NCBI GenBank assembly: GCA_963695075.1
Contig: CAVOFR010000007.1
Location: forward strand, 1,616,904 to 1,680,903
DNA from: an uncultured Acidimicrobiales bacterium
GTDB taxonomy: Bacteria > Actinomycetota > Acidimicrobiia > Acidimicrobiales > CAWCAL01
Direction: 5' to 3'
DNA length: 64,000 nt
Position 1 is the stretch's first letter; every line of letters begins with the position of its first letter. The position numbers and the translations under genes were made by a program. The notes below the pieces were generated by a model, which saw nothing but the letters and a program-made list of their open reading frames with translations, ran no database searches and was not told the origin of the DNA. This document shows, piece after piece, positions 9,700 to 18,471 of this stretch.

Positions 9700-11277
9700 A
9701 TGGGTGTTGAATTCGATGACGGCGATGTCGACGTCGTCGTCGTCGGCGCCGGTCTCGGTGGTCTCACCGCAGCGGCCCACCTGTGCGCGATCGGTCGACG
9801 GGTCGTCGTGGTCGACCGCCACGACGTCGCCGGCGGGAACGCCACGGTCTTCTGCCACGAGGACTTCGAGTTCGACGTCGGCGTCCATTACCTCGGGGAC
9901 TGCGGACCGCAAGGCCCGATACCGACCATCCTGGGTCGTCTGGGCATCGATGTGACCTTCCGCGAGCTCGATCCGGACGGCTTCGACACGGTCGTGCTCC
10001 ACGACGGAACGACATTGCGCATACCGCGTGACGTCGAGTTGTTCCGGTCGCGTGTTCTCGAGGCCTTCGACCGCGAAGCCAGTGCGGTGAACAGCTATGT
10101 CGACACGATCATCGCCATGGACCGGGAGCTGACCGGCCGGGCCGTTCCCGAGGTCGTGATCCGCTGGATGGACGCCACCCTCGCGGACTTCTACGACGAG
10201 GTCGGTGCCTCACCGCGGTTGCGTTCGGTTCTGGGAGCCCAGCACATCGCCTATGCCCTCCCGCCGTCGAAGGCGTCGATGTTGGTGCATGCCGGTCTGG
10301 CGATGCACTACTTCAAGGGCGCCTTCTACCCCGAGGGCGGCGGGCAGATCATCGCGGACCGGTTGGTCGAGTTCATCTCGGCCCACGGCGGTGAGGTGAT
10401 CCTGCGCTCGACGGTGGAGCGGATCCTCGTGGAGGACGGTAGGGCGTGTGGGATCCGGCTACGGCCACCCTCGCCGGAACGGGCCAGAGGCGTTCCCAGC
10501 GAGATCCGCGCGCCGGTCGTCGTGTCGAACGCCGATCTGAAGCACACCGTCGAGGATCTGGTCGGGCCGCAGTCGTTCCCCGATGAGTTCGTAGCCAAGG
10601 TGCGGGGCTACGAGATGGCACCGCCCATGTTCGTGCACTACCTCGTCATCGACCGGGACCTGACGGCCGAGGGGTTCGCCAACTCCAACATCTACGTAGT
10701 TCCCCACGACGACGTCGAAGGCGACTACGAGCGTCTCGAGGTCGGAGAGATGCCCGAGTGGCCGTCCGTGCTCATGACGTTCACCAGTATCAAGGACCCG
10801 GGCAACCAACGGCTGTGCCGACCCGGGCAGACCAACCTGCAGGTGATGACCCCCTGTCCGAGCGACTACGCGTTCTGGGGGCTCGAGAAAGGGCCGGCAC
10901 GAGGCGAGCGATACCGGACGAACGAGACGTACCTGGCCCGCAAGAAGGAGATCCGGGACCGGCTGTTGGCGGTGGCCGAGATCGCCGTGCCCGGCATCGG
11001 CCGGTCGATCGTCTACGAGGACACGGCAACGGCGATCACTCACGAGCGCTTCACGCGCTCCACCGGCGGGACGTCCTATGGCATCGCCGCGACGCCGGGC
11101 CAGAGCGCCCTGAACCGACCTGCACTGGGATCGCCCATCGAGGGCCTGTTCTTCGTAGGTGCCAACGTCATGCCGGCCCACGGCATCATGCCGGTGATGA
11201 CCGGTGGCGAGAACTGCGCCGGTCTCGTCGAAGGCCGGCCCATCGACGAGCTCGTGGCCGAGATCAGCACTCACTGA
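9700..11277 (+). CDS. FAD-dependent oxidoreductase, phytoene-desaturase (CrtI) family (paralog C)
   Basis: Internal ATG at 9700 of ORF 9613..11277. N-terminus VDVVVVGAGLGGLTAAAHLCAIGRRVVVVDRHDVAGG; length and C-terminal region are CrtI-like. Confidence 0.8.
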   Translation: MGVEFDDGDVDVVVVGAGLGGLTAAAHLCAIGRRVVVVDRHDVAGGNATVFCHEDFEFDVGVHYLGDCGPQGPIPTILGRLGIDVTFRELDPDGFDTVVLHDGTTLRIPRDVELFRSRVLEAFDREASAVNSYVDTIIAMDRELTGRAVPEVVIRWMDATLADFYDEVGASPRLRSVLGAQHIAYALPPSKASMLVHAGLAMHYFKGAFYPEGGGQIIADRLVEFISAHGGEVILRSTVERILVEDGRACGIRLRPPSPERARGVPSEIRAPVVVSNADLKHTVEDLVGPQSFPDEFVAKVRGYEMAPPMFVHYLVIDRDLTAEGFANSNIYVVPHDDVEGDYERLEVGEMPEWPSVLMTFTSIKDPGNQRLCRPGQTNLQVMTPCPSDYAFWGLEKGPARGERYRTNETYLARKKEIRDRLLAVAEIAVPGIGRSIVYEDTATAITHERFTRSTGGTSYGIAATPGQSALNRPALGSPIEGLFFVGANVMPAHGIMPVMTGGENCAGLVEGRPIDELVAEISTH

Positions 11278-11322
11278 GCTGACGGGAGAGTGGCTGTCAT
11301 ACCCCCTGCGTAGTGTTGGAGC

Positions 11323-12672
11323 ATGGAGTCGGGCCGAAAGAGGAGAGAAGCAACCGAAGCCGTCGACCGGCTCGGTGATCTGACCGTGCGGCTCGACGGG
11401 GTGCTGTCGGAGTTGGCCGGGTTGGATCTGGAAGCTGCGACCGATCCGGAGTTGTTGGACGCGGTTCCGGTGTTGGTGGCTGCGTCCCGTCGGTTGGGTT
11501 CGGTCGAGGCCAGGGTGTTGGATCGGGTCGATCGCACCGGCGCGTACAGGCCTGATGGGCACATGTCGGCCAAGGTCATGATCCGCCACCTGGGCCGTCT
11601 CTCGGGTGCCGAAGCGAACCGGCGCCACAAGCGGGTTCGGATGCTACGCGACCTGCCCGCGGTCTCGGCCGCGTTTTCGGCGGGCGAGGTCGGGTCCTGT
11701 CAGGTCGACGCCCTGGCCCGCACCCACGCCAACCCCAGGGTGGCCGAGTTCATGCCCGCGGCCGAAGAACTGCTGCTCGAAGACGCTCGGACCCATTCGT
11801 TCAGAGAGTTCACCGGGTTGCTGGGGTCCTGGGAGCGTCATGTCGACGCCGACGGCGCCGCCCAGAAAGCCAAGGCCGCCCACGACGGGCGCGACGTCCG
11901 GATCACGAAGGACTTCGATGGCGGTTGGCACCTGGAGGGCCGGTTCGGGTCGACTCAGGGGTCGATCATCAAACACATCCTGGGCGGCTTCACCCGAGCC
12001 GAAACCGCGGTCGACTGGGACAAAGCCAAGGCCGAACACGGCGACCGGGCCACCCAAGCCAACCTGGCCCGCACCGCAGCCCAACGCAGGGCTGACGGGT
12101 TCTGGGAGCTCTGCCGCCGCGCCGTGACCCAACCCGCCGACGGGACCACCCCCGAACCGTTGGTCAACATCGTCATCGACCACCAGACCGCCCTCGAACA
12201 AGCCGCAGGCACACGGCCTGACCCGGTGACCGACCCGGCCGGGTACCGCACCCGCCGGTGCTCCACGCTGGCCGGCGACCCCATCGAACCATCCGACGCC
12301 TTCGCGGCGATCCTGACCGGACAACTCCGAAGGGTCGTGTTCGACACCCGCAGCGTCGTCACCGACCTCGGACGCAAATCACGGTTCTTCACCGGATCAG
12401 CCCGACAAGCCGCAAGACTGGCCCGAGCGATCTGTGCCTGGACCGGCTGCGAGATCCCCTCCGAACACTGCGAAATCGACCACGCCACCGAATGGCAAGC
12501 AAACGGCGAATCCAACCAAGCCAACGGGCCCCCACTCTGCAAATACCACAACCTCTTCAAACACAACCACCACTTCACCATCACCCTCCAAGACGACGGC
12601 ACCGCAGCGGATTATCGATGCGGCCAGGCACGCTGGCACATCTACCGCCCCGACGGCACCGAGCTGGCGTGA
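11323..12672 (+). CDS. DUF222 / HNH-endonuclease protein (REP13E12-type actinobacterial family)
   Basis: N-terminal DUF222-like region (..DPELLDAVPVLVAASRRLGSVEARVL..). C-terminal HNH motif CEIDHATEW..NGPPLCKYHNLFKH. Confidence 0.8.
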   Translation: MESGRKRREATEAVDRLGDLTVRLDGVLSELAGLDLEAATDPELLDAVPVLVAASRRLGSVEARVLDRVDRTGAYRPDGHMSAKVMIRHLGRLSGAEANRRHKRVRMLRDLPAVSAAFSAGEVGSCQVDALARTHANPRVAEFMPAAEELLLEDARTHSFREFTGLLGSWERHVDADGAAQKAKAAHDGRDVRITKDFDGGWHLEGRFGSTQGSIIKHILGGFTRAETAVDWDKAKAEHGDRATQANLARTAAQRRADGFWELCRRAVTQPADGTTPEPLVNIVIDHQTALEQAAGTRPDPVTDPAGYRTRRCSTLAGDPIEPSDAFAAILTGQLRRVVFDTRSVVTDLGRKSRFFTGSARQAARLARAICAWTGCEIPSEHCEIDHATEWQANGESNQANGPPLCKYHNLFKHNHHFTITLQDDGTAADYRCGQARWHIYRPDGTELA

Positions 12673-13080
12673 GCCAGGCTTGGTTGATGGCCATCGACGG
12701 TGATGGGAGGTTGGCCAGGCCGGTGTCTTTGGCGTCGCAGATCCGTCGTTCGACTCGGCCCCGTTCCCGGTAGAGCGCATCGAAGTAGGCCACGTCGTAT
12801 GTCTTCGAGGTCGGTGACCAGATCTGGAAGCGGTGGGCGTCGTAGTCGGTGAAGGTGAGCTGGGCGCCGACATGGGTGTGCTCGCGGCGGGCGATCATTC
12901 GGGTCCCGTCGGGCCAGCCCGAAAGTCAACGTGCTCGGTGATCTCGACGACTTGGGCCCAGGTCCGCTCTTCGGTTCCATCCGCGGAGATCGCCGTCTGC
13001 CACGCCGCCTCGGATGTGTCGACGCCACCTCGTCGAACAGCTTCGGCTGGTCGAACGACACCGACGAGGGAACCAAGCCG
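12671..13080 (-). pseudogene. IS1380-family transposase relic (internal fragment, frameshifted)
   Basis: Two minus-strand frames carry consecutive pieces: ..AAWQTAISADGTEERTWAQVVEITEHVDF.. and, after a frame change near 12915-12925, WPDGTRMIARREHTHVGAQLTFTDYDAHRF..LYRERGRVERRICDAKDTGLANLPSPSMAINQAWL. Both transposase ends are missing. Confidence 0.65.
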
Positions 13081-13082
13081 GG

Positions 13083-13904
13083 CTAGTGGCCCTTGAACTC
13101 CGGCGGGCGCTTCTCCACGAAGGCACTGGTGCCCTCGCGGGCGTCGTCGGTGTGGGCGGACATGGTGGAGGCCACCGCTTCGTAGTCGAGCATCTCGTCG
13201 AGCGTCGACGTCAGCGACTTGTGGATGAAGCGGCGAGCCAGATCGACTGCGACGCTGGGCCCGGTCGCCAGTTCCTTCGCGTAGCGCAGCGCGGCGGGTA
13301 GGGCTTCGCCTTCCTCGACGAGCTCGTCGATCAGGCCCTCGCGGGCACATTCGTCGGCCTCGAGGATTCTCCCTGTCTCCACCATCATCAGGGCGGTCGA
13401 GAGGCTCGTGATGCGCGGCAGGAAGTAGGTGATACCGCAGTCGGGAGCGAAACCGAGGCGTACCATGGCTGCGCTCATCCTCGTCGTGGAGTCGGCGATG
13501 CGCCGGTCGCAGGCCAGCGCGAAAGCGAGACCTGCGCCCATCGCCGGGCCGTGGACGGCGGCGATCACCGGCTTGTCCACATCCACGATCATGCGAGCGA
13601 ACTCGGCGACGGGTCCCGCCGGGGTCTTTCGTTGGTAGCGCTCGAGGGGGGCGTCGGAGAGCCCCGGCATGCCCCGCTCATCGGAGCCGCTGAGCCAGTC
13701 GGCGTCGCCGCCCGAGCAGAAACCGCGGCCGGCTCCGGTCAGTACGATCACGCGGACCTCGTCGCGCTGGCGAAGGTCGCGGAACAGTTCGATCAGATCG
13801 CGCGACAGGTCCCACGTGATCGCATTGAGGCGTTCGGGGCGGTTCAGCGTCACGACACCCACCCCCTCGTCGATCTCGAAGAGATACTCCTCCTCAGATG
13901 CCAT
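13083..13904 (-). CDS. Enoyl-CoA hydratase/isomerase (crotonase)
   Basis: VGVVTLNRPERLNAI, LTGAGRGFCSGGD, KPVIAAVHGPAMGAGLAFALACD, C-terminal EGTSAFVEKRPPEF. Confidence 0.85.
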   Translation of the reverse strand: MASEEEYLFEIDEGVGVVTLNRPERLNAITWDLSRDLIELFRDLRQRDEVRVIVLTGAGRGFCSGGDADWLSGSDERGMPGLSDAPLERYQRKTPAGPVAEFARMIVDVDKPVIAAVHGPAMGAGLAFALACDRRIADSTTRMSAAMVRLGFAPDCGITYFLPRITSLSTALMMVETGRILEADECAREGLIDELVEEGEALPAALRYAKELATGPSVAVDLARRFIHKSLTSTLDEMLDYEAVASTMSAHTDDAREGTSAFVEKRPPEFKGH

Positions 13905-13919
13905 GGTGTGTCCCTTCGT

Positions 13920-14999
13920 TCATCTCGGCTGCCCTTCCTGCTGAAGGGCAGACACCGTTTCCCCCACCCAGTCGTGGTCCTTGCGCAGCGCCGGCGGAAT
14001 GTCGAGAAGAACCGTCGAATAGAGGTCGCCGCAGCGTTGCCCGAGCATCGCGGCGAGGTCGTCGCGGGTACCGCTGATCGCCCATTCGTCGAGCATCTCG
14101 TCGCCGATGAGCTCGGGCATCTCCTTCCATCTGCCCTCCTTGGACATCCGGTGGAGCTCCAGGCCGATGTCGATCCAGCCGTGGAACTCGAGCACCGCGT
14201 GGTAGGTCCTGGTGGAGCAGTAGAAGGCGATGTGCTGTTTCAGCATCTGCCTGACCTTCGCGACCCCCTCCTCGTCCTCGGCGATCGCGAGGAAGGGTGC
14301 GCCGATCACGTCGATGTCGTCGATGGAGCGCCCGGCGGCCGCGGCACCCGCCTCGACCGCGGGCCGAACGACTTCTCGGATGTAGCGGAATGTCGCGACC
14401 GGGTGGATGCGTAGACCGTCGCACAGCTCTCCCGACAAGCGCGCCATGTAGGGGTTGACAGCGGCGAGCTGGATCGGGACGTGCGGGTGTTCGATGGGCC
14501 CCGGGTTGAAGAAGGGGTTCATCAGGGTGAAGCGGTAGTGCTCCCCGTCGAAGGCGGGGGTGTCGCCCTCTTGGAAGGTCTCGAACATCGCTTTGAGACA
14601 GAGGACGTATTCGCGTAGGCGCGGCCCGGGCGGTCCATCCCAGGTGGATGCGTAGCGTCGCTCCACGTGCCCCCGGACCTGTGTGCCCAGACCCAACTGG
14701 AACCGGCCGCCGGAGAGCTGTTGCAGGTCCCACGCCAGCTGGGCGGTCACCATCGGGCTTCGGGGAAAGGCGATCGCGACGTTGGTGCCCAGCGCGATGT
14801 GCGTCGTGTGCTCCGCGGCGATGACGAGCTGGAGGAAGGGGTCGTGGCCGGCCTCGGGAGCCGTCACGCCGTCGAAGCCGAGCTCCTCGGCGCTGCGGGC
14901 TGCGGCCGCGATGGTGGCGAGGTCGGCCGTCGTCTGGCCCTCCCCGGCGTACTGGCTCGTGTCGGGAGCCATCATCACCGTCTGGACCTGAAACGCCAT
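13920..14999 (-). CDS. Luciferase-like (LLM class) flavin/F420-dependent oxidoreductase
   Basis: Internal ATG at 14999 of ORF 13920..15065. Motifs: GFDGVTAPEAGHDPF, GRFQLGLGTQV..ERRY. The cofactor cannot be decided from sequence alone. Confidence 0.7.
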   Translation of the reverse strand: MAFQVQTVMMAPDTSQYAGEGQTTADLATIAAAARSAEELGFDGVTAPEAGHDPFLQLVIAAEHTTHIALGTNVAIAFPRSPMVTAQLAWDLQQLSGGRFQLGLGTQVRGHVERRYASTWDGPPGPRLREYVLCLKAMFETFQEGDTPAFDGEHYRFTLMNPFFNPGPIEHPHVPIQLAAVNPYMARLSGELCDGLRIHPVATFRYIREVVRPAVEAGAAAAGRSIDDIDVIGAPFLAIAEDEEGVAKVRQMLKQHIAFYCSTRTYHAVLEFHGWIDIGLELHRMSKEGRWKEMPELIGDEMLDEWAISGTRDDLAAMLGQRCGDLYSTVLLDIPPALRKDHDWVGETVSALQQEGQPR

Positions 15000-15035
15000 T
15001 CCATACCCCCTCCGGGAGCCCCTCTGAGCCCGAGT

Positions 15036-15064
15036 TTCCACCACCCTAGCCAAGTGGTTATACA
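15036..15064 (+). promoter_or_regulatory. Candidate promoter (TTCCAC-17 nt-TATACA) in the AT-richer divergent intergenic region
   Basis: This is the only AT-rich patch between the divergent LLM and DUF35/thiolase operons. The hexamers were read by eye and the match is weak. Confidence 0.3.
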
Positions 15065-15153
15065 TTACTACCAGGTGGTGAAAGGGCCCCCCATGTCGAT
15101 AGAGTCCCCGACGTGACCATGGGAGACCGCGAGCATGCCCCGGGGAGGGTGTC

Positions 15154-15585
15154 GTGACCGTTGAATCCGATCCTGAGCGTCCGACGCCGCATCCTGCGCT
15201 GTGGGGGGTGCTCTACCGGAGCAGCGCCCCTTTCTGGGATGCGATCAAGCGCCACGAGCTGGAGCTGCAGCGCTGCAGCGACTGCCACCGCTGGCTGGTA
15301 CCGCCCCGACCGATGTGCCCGAACTGCCAGTCGGCCGACTCGGAGTGGGTGGCGGTGTCGGGCAACGGCACGATCTACAGCTGGGTCACCTACACGGAGT
15401 CGCCCCACGAGGGATTCGACTCACCCCACACCGTCGTCCTCGTCGAGCTCGACGAAGGTCCTCGCCTGATCAGCGTGCCGGTCGGCATCCCCACCGAGGA
15501 GCTCGAGATCGGGATGCGCGTCAGCGCGGTGTACGAGGACATCGACGACGACCTGACCCTGTTCAAGTTCGAAAGGGCGGCGTAG
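15154..15585 (+). CDS. DUF35 (Zn-ribbon + OB-fold) protein
   Basis: CSDCHRWLVPPRPMCPNCQS ribbon. GTG start after GGGGAGGG. Paralog of 16855..17286, with the same C-terminus DDLTLFKF. Confidence 0.8.
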   Translation: MTVESDPERPTPHPALWGVLYRSSAPFWDAIKRHELELQRCSDCHRWLVPPRPMCPNCQSADSEWVAVSGNGTIYSWVTYTESPHEGFDSPHTVVLVELDEGPRLISVPVGIPTEELEIGMRVSAVYEDIDDDLTLFKFERAA

Positions 15586-15623
15586 CCGGACCCGCGTCCC
15601 GCAACCGCAAGAAGGAGCCCCAG

Positions 15624-16853
15624 GTGCTACAGGACTACATCGAACGAAGCTTCCGGCGGGATCTGCGCCCGAGCGTCGAGTCGAACACCATCAAGGACAA
15701 CGCCGCGATCGTGGGCGTCGGGCAGACCGAGTACACCCGGAACTCCGGGCGCGACGAGCTCGACATGGCTTGTGAAGCGATCAAGGCCGCCGTCGATGAT
15801 GCCGGGTTGACCATGGCCGACATCGACGGCCTCGAGGCCTTCACCCTCGAGCGCACGTCGATGCCGACGCTGGTCGGTTCGCTCGGCATACCCAACCTGC
15901 GGTTCGCGAGCGCGATCAGCTACGGAGGCGGTGCCAGCTGCGCCAACATCATGCAGGCGGCCGCAGCGGTCACCACCGGTGCGGCCAACTACGTGGTCTG
16001 CTACCGCTCGCTCAACGAGGCATCCGGCCACCGCTACGGCCGGGGCGACGGGTACGCCACCTACCTCAGCGAGGCGCCCACCCTGCACTACGGCTACTAC
16101 TTCCCCTTCGGCCTGCTCACGCCGCTGTCGTGGGCGAGCATGTACGGCCGGCGTTGGATGCACGAGTACGAGATCGATCCCGACCAGCTCGGCTGGTACT
16201 CGGTGGTGCTGCGCGAGAACGCGGTACGCAACCCGAAGGCGATATTCCACGACAAGCCGGTCACCCATCAGGACTACCTGGAGTCCCAGATGATCGTCGA
16301 ACCTCTCCGCCTGCTCGACTGCTGCGTCGACACCGACGGCGCCGCGGCGGTCATCGTCACCACCGCGGAGCGGGCCAAGGACCTCAAACAGACCCCGGCC
16401 TACGTGCTCGCCGCCGCACAGGCAGCGACACCCGTGTCGGAGATCCAGACCTCCTACAACCGCACGCCGATGTCGGGCCTACCCGACACCTGGCACGTGG
16501 GCCAGGAGCTGTATCGGATCGCAGGGGTGGGTCCGGCGGACATCGACGTGGCCCAGTTCTACGACCCGTTCAGCATGGCCGCACTTCTGCAGCTCGAGGA
16601 GCTCGGCTTCTGCGGGCGCGGTGAGAGCGCTTCGTTCTGCGAGGGCGGCGATCGCATCCGCCCCGGCGGGGAGATACCGCTCAACACCTCGGGCGGCCTG
16701 CTGTCCGAGGCCTACATCCACGGCTACAACCTGATCATCGAGGCGGTGCGCCAGATCCGGGGCACCTCCACGAGCCAGGTCGACGACGTGGAGCTGTCGA
16801 TGGTCACCGGCGGCCCAGGGCTGCCCACGAGCGGGATGATCCTGAGGAAGTGA
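15624..16853 (+). CDS. SCP-x-type thiolase-like protein (nucleophilic Cys present)
   Basis: GTG 15624 after GAAGGAG; the 5' extension of track ORF 15201 overlaps the DUF35 gene out of frame. Motifs: IVGVGQTEYTR, GGGASCANIMQAA. Confidence 0.8.
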   Translation: MLQDYIERSFRRDLRPSVESNTIKDNAAIVGVGQTEYTRNSGRDELDMACEAIKAAVDDAGLTMADIDGLEAFTLERTSMPTLVGSLGIPNLRFASAISYGGGASCANIMQAAAAVTTGAANYVVCYRSLNEASGHRYGRGDGYATYLSEAPTLHYGYYFPFGLLTPLSWASMYGRRWMHEYEIDPDQLGWYSVVLRENAVRNPKAIFHDKPVTHQDYLESQMIVEPLRLLDCCVDTDGAAAVIVTTAERAKDLKQTPAYVLAAAQAATPVSEIQTSYNRTPMSGLPDTWHVGQELYRIAGVGPADIDVAQFYDPFSMAALLQLEELGFCGRGESASFCEGGDRIRPGGEIPLNTSGGLLSEAYIHGYNLIIEAVRQIRGTSTSQVDDVELSMVTGGPGLPTSGMILRK

Positions 16854-16854
16854 G

Positions 16855-17286
16855 ATGACCATGGAGTACGTCCCGGGGATCCCGATCCTCAAGGCCTCCC
16901 TCGATGACGACAACCGCCCCTTCTGGGATGCGGTGTCGCGCCACGAGCTCGTGCTGCAACGTTGCGGCGCGTGTGACCTCTACCTCCAACCCCCGCGACC
17001 GATGTGCCCGGAGTGCCGCTCGATGGACACCCTCGAATGGGTGGAGTCACCCGGCCGGGGGGAGATCTACTCCTATGTGAACTTCACCACCGACCGGATG
17101 GCGTATCCGGCCATGAAGGTGCCCTACTCGGTGGTCCTGGTGGAGCTCGAGGAGGGAGTGAGGCTCGTGTCCAACATGATCGACCTCGAACCCGACGAGG
17201 TCGAGATCGGCACACCGGTCGAGGTCGTCTTCGACGACATCTCCGACGACCTGACCCTGTTCAAGTTCAAGGTCCGGGAAGCCTGA
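16855..17286 (+). CDS. DUF35 (Zn-ribbon + OB-fold) protein
   Basis: CGACDLYLQPPRPMCPECRS ribbon. The gene starts 2 nt after the previous stop. Confidence 0.8.
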   Translation: MTMEYVPGIPILKASLDDDNRPFWDAVSRHELVLQRCGACDLYLQPPRPMCPECRSMDTLEWVESPGRGEIYSYVNFTTDRMAYPAMKVPYSVVLVELEEGVRLVSNMIDLEPDEVEIGTPVEVVFDDISDDLTLFKFKVREA

Positions 17287-17298
17287 GGGAGCGACGGC

Positions 17299-18462
17299 AT
17301 GCAGAGCATCAAGGACACAACCGCCATCGTCGGTGTCGCCACGACCGGGTTCTCCACCGACTCCGGCCGCACCGAGTACTCCCTCGCATGTGAGGTGATC
17401 AAGGCTGCGGTCGACGACGCCGGACTCCGTCTCGAGGAGATCGACGGCATCGTGAAGGACGTCGTCGACGGCATCGACGCGATGTACGTGCAGAAGGCCC
17501 TGGGCATGGAGACGCTCAGCTACTCCAGCGACTCCTACTGGGGCACGAGCCCGATGATGAACGCCGTCACCGCGATCGCATCGGGGACCGCCAACCACGT
17601 CGTCTACTACCGCTCCGCCAACAACGGGTCGGGAAAGCGGGCCGGGTCCGACTTCCGGGCTGCCAAGGAGACCAAGGACAACTCCCTGGACATGATCGGC
17701 TACGACTTCTACGCCCCCTTCGGGCTGCTCACCCCTGCCGGCTCGATCGGCATGGCGGTTCGTCGCTACTACGACGACTACGGCACCACACCCGAACAGG
17801 TCGGATGGGTGCCGGTCGTGTGCAGCGAGCACGCCGCGGCGAACCCCCATGCCATCTTCTTCGACGCACCCGTCGAGATCGGTGACTACCTCGCGTCGGA
17901 CATCGTGGTCGACCCGCTGCGTCGCCTCGATTGCGCGCCCGAGGTCGACGGCGCGATGGCCATCGTGATCACCTCGGCCGAGCGCGCCCCCGATCTGGCC
18001 AACGCCCCGGCATACGTGATGTCGGCGGCGGTGGGCACTTCCAGCGAGGGCGAGAACCTGTCCAGCTACAACCGCACGACGCTCTCGACGTTGCCCGAGA
18101 TGGCGCTCATGGGCCGGGAACTGTTCCGTGTGGCGGGAATCGGCCCCGACGACATCGATGTGGCTCAGCTCGACGACCGTTTCGCCCCGCTGGTGCCGAT
18201 GCAGCTGGAGGCACTCGGGTTCTGCGGCGAGGGCGATGGAGCCGCGTTCTGCGAGGGCGGTGACAACCTGCGAAACGGCGGTCGTCTCGCCATGAACACC
18301 AACGGTGGCTTCCTCGGCGAGGGGTTCGCCCACGGGGCAAATGTCATCGAGGCGGTCCGCCAGATCCGGGGGACATCCTCCAACCAGGTGAGCGGAGCCG
18401 AGCTCGTCCTCGTCGCCAGCGGAGCGGGCGGGCCGGCCGATGGTCTCGTTCTCAGAGCGTAG
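17299..18462 (+). CDS. Thiolase-fold protein lacking the nucleophilic Cys (Ltp2-like retro-aldolase candidate)
   Basis: Aligns with 15624..16853 throughout. At GGGASCANIMQAA of the paralog it reads SYWGTSPMMNAVT (Cys to Thr by my manual alignment). Confidence 0.7.
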   Translation: MQSIKDTTAIVGVATTGFSTDSGRTEYSLACEVIKAAVDDAGLRLEEIDGIVKDVVDGIDAMYVQKALGMETLSYSSDSYWGTSPMMNAVTAIASGTANHVVYYRSANNGSGKRAGSDFRAAKETKDNSLDMIGYDFYAPFGLLTPAGSIGMAVRRYYDDYGTTPEQVGWVPVVCSEHAAANPHAIFFDAPVEIGDYLASDIVVDPLRRLDCAPEVDGAMAIVITSAERAPDLANAPAYVMSAAVGTSSEGENLSSYNRTTLSTLPEMALMGRELFRVAGIGPDDIDVAQLDDRFAPLVPMQLEALGFCGEGDGAAFCEGGDNLRNGGRLAMNTNGGFLGEGFAHGANVIEAVRQIRGTSSNQVSGAELVLVASGAGGPADGLVLRA

Positions 18463-18471
18463 GGAGCCGAA

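Noticed and set aside
12434-13350. Several 60-170-aa ORFs around the IS relic (for example 12258..12773, 12397..12873, 12895..13350).
   Set aside because: They are overlapping alternative frames of the HNH gene 3' end, the transposase relic and the crotonase gene. Only the two frames carrying IS1380-like sequence are meaningful, and those only as a pseudogene.
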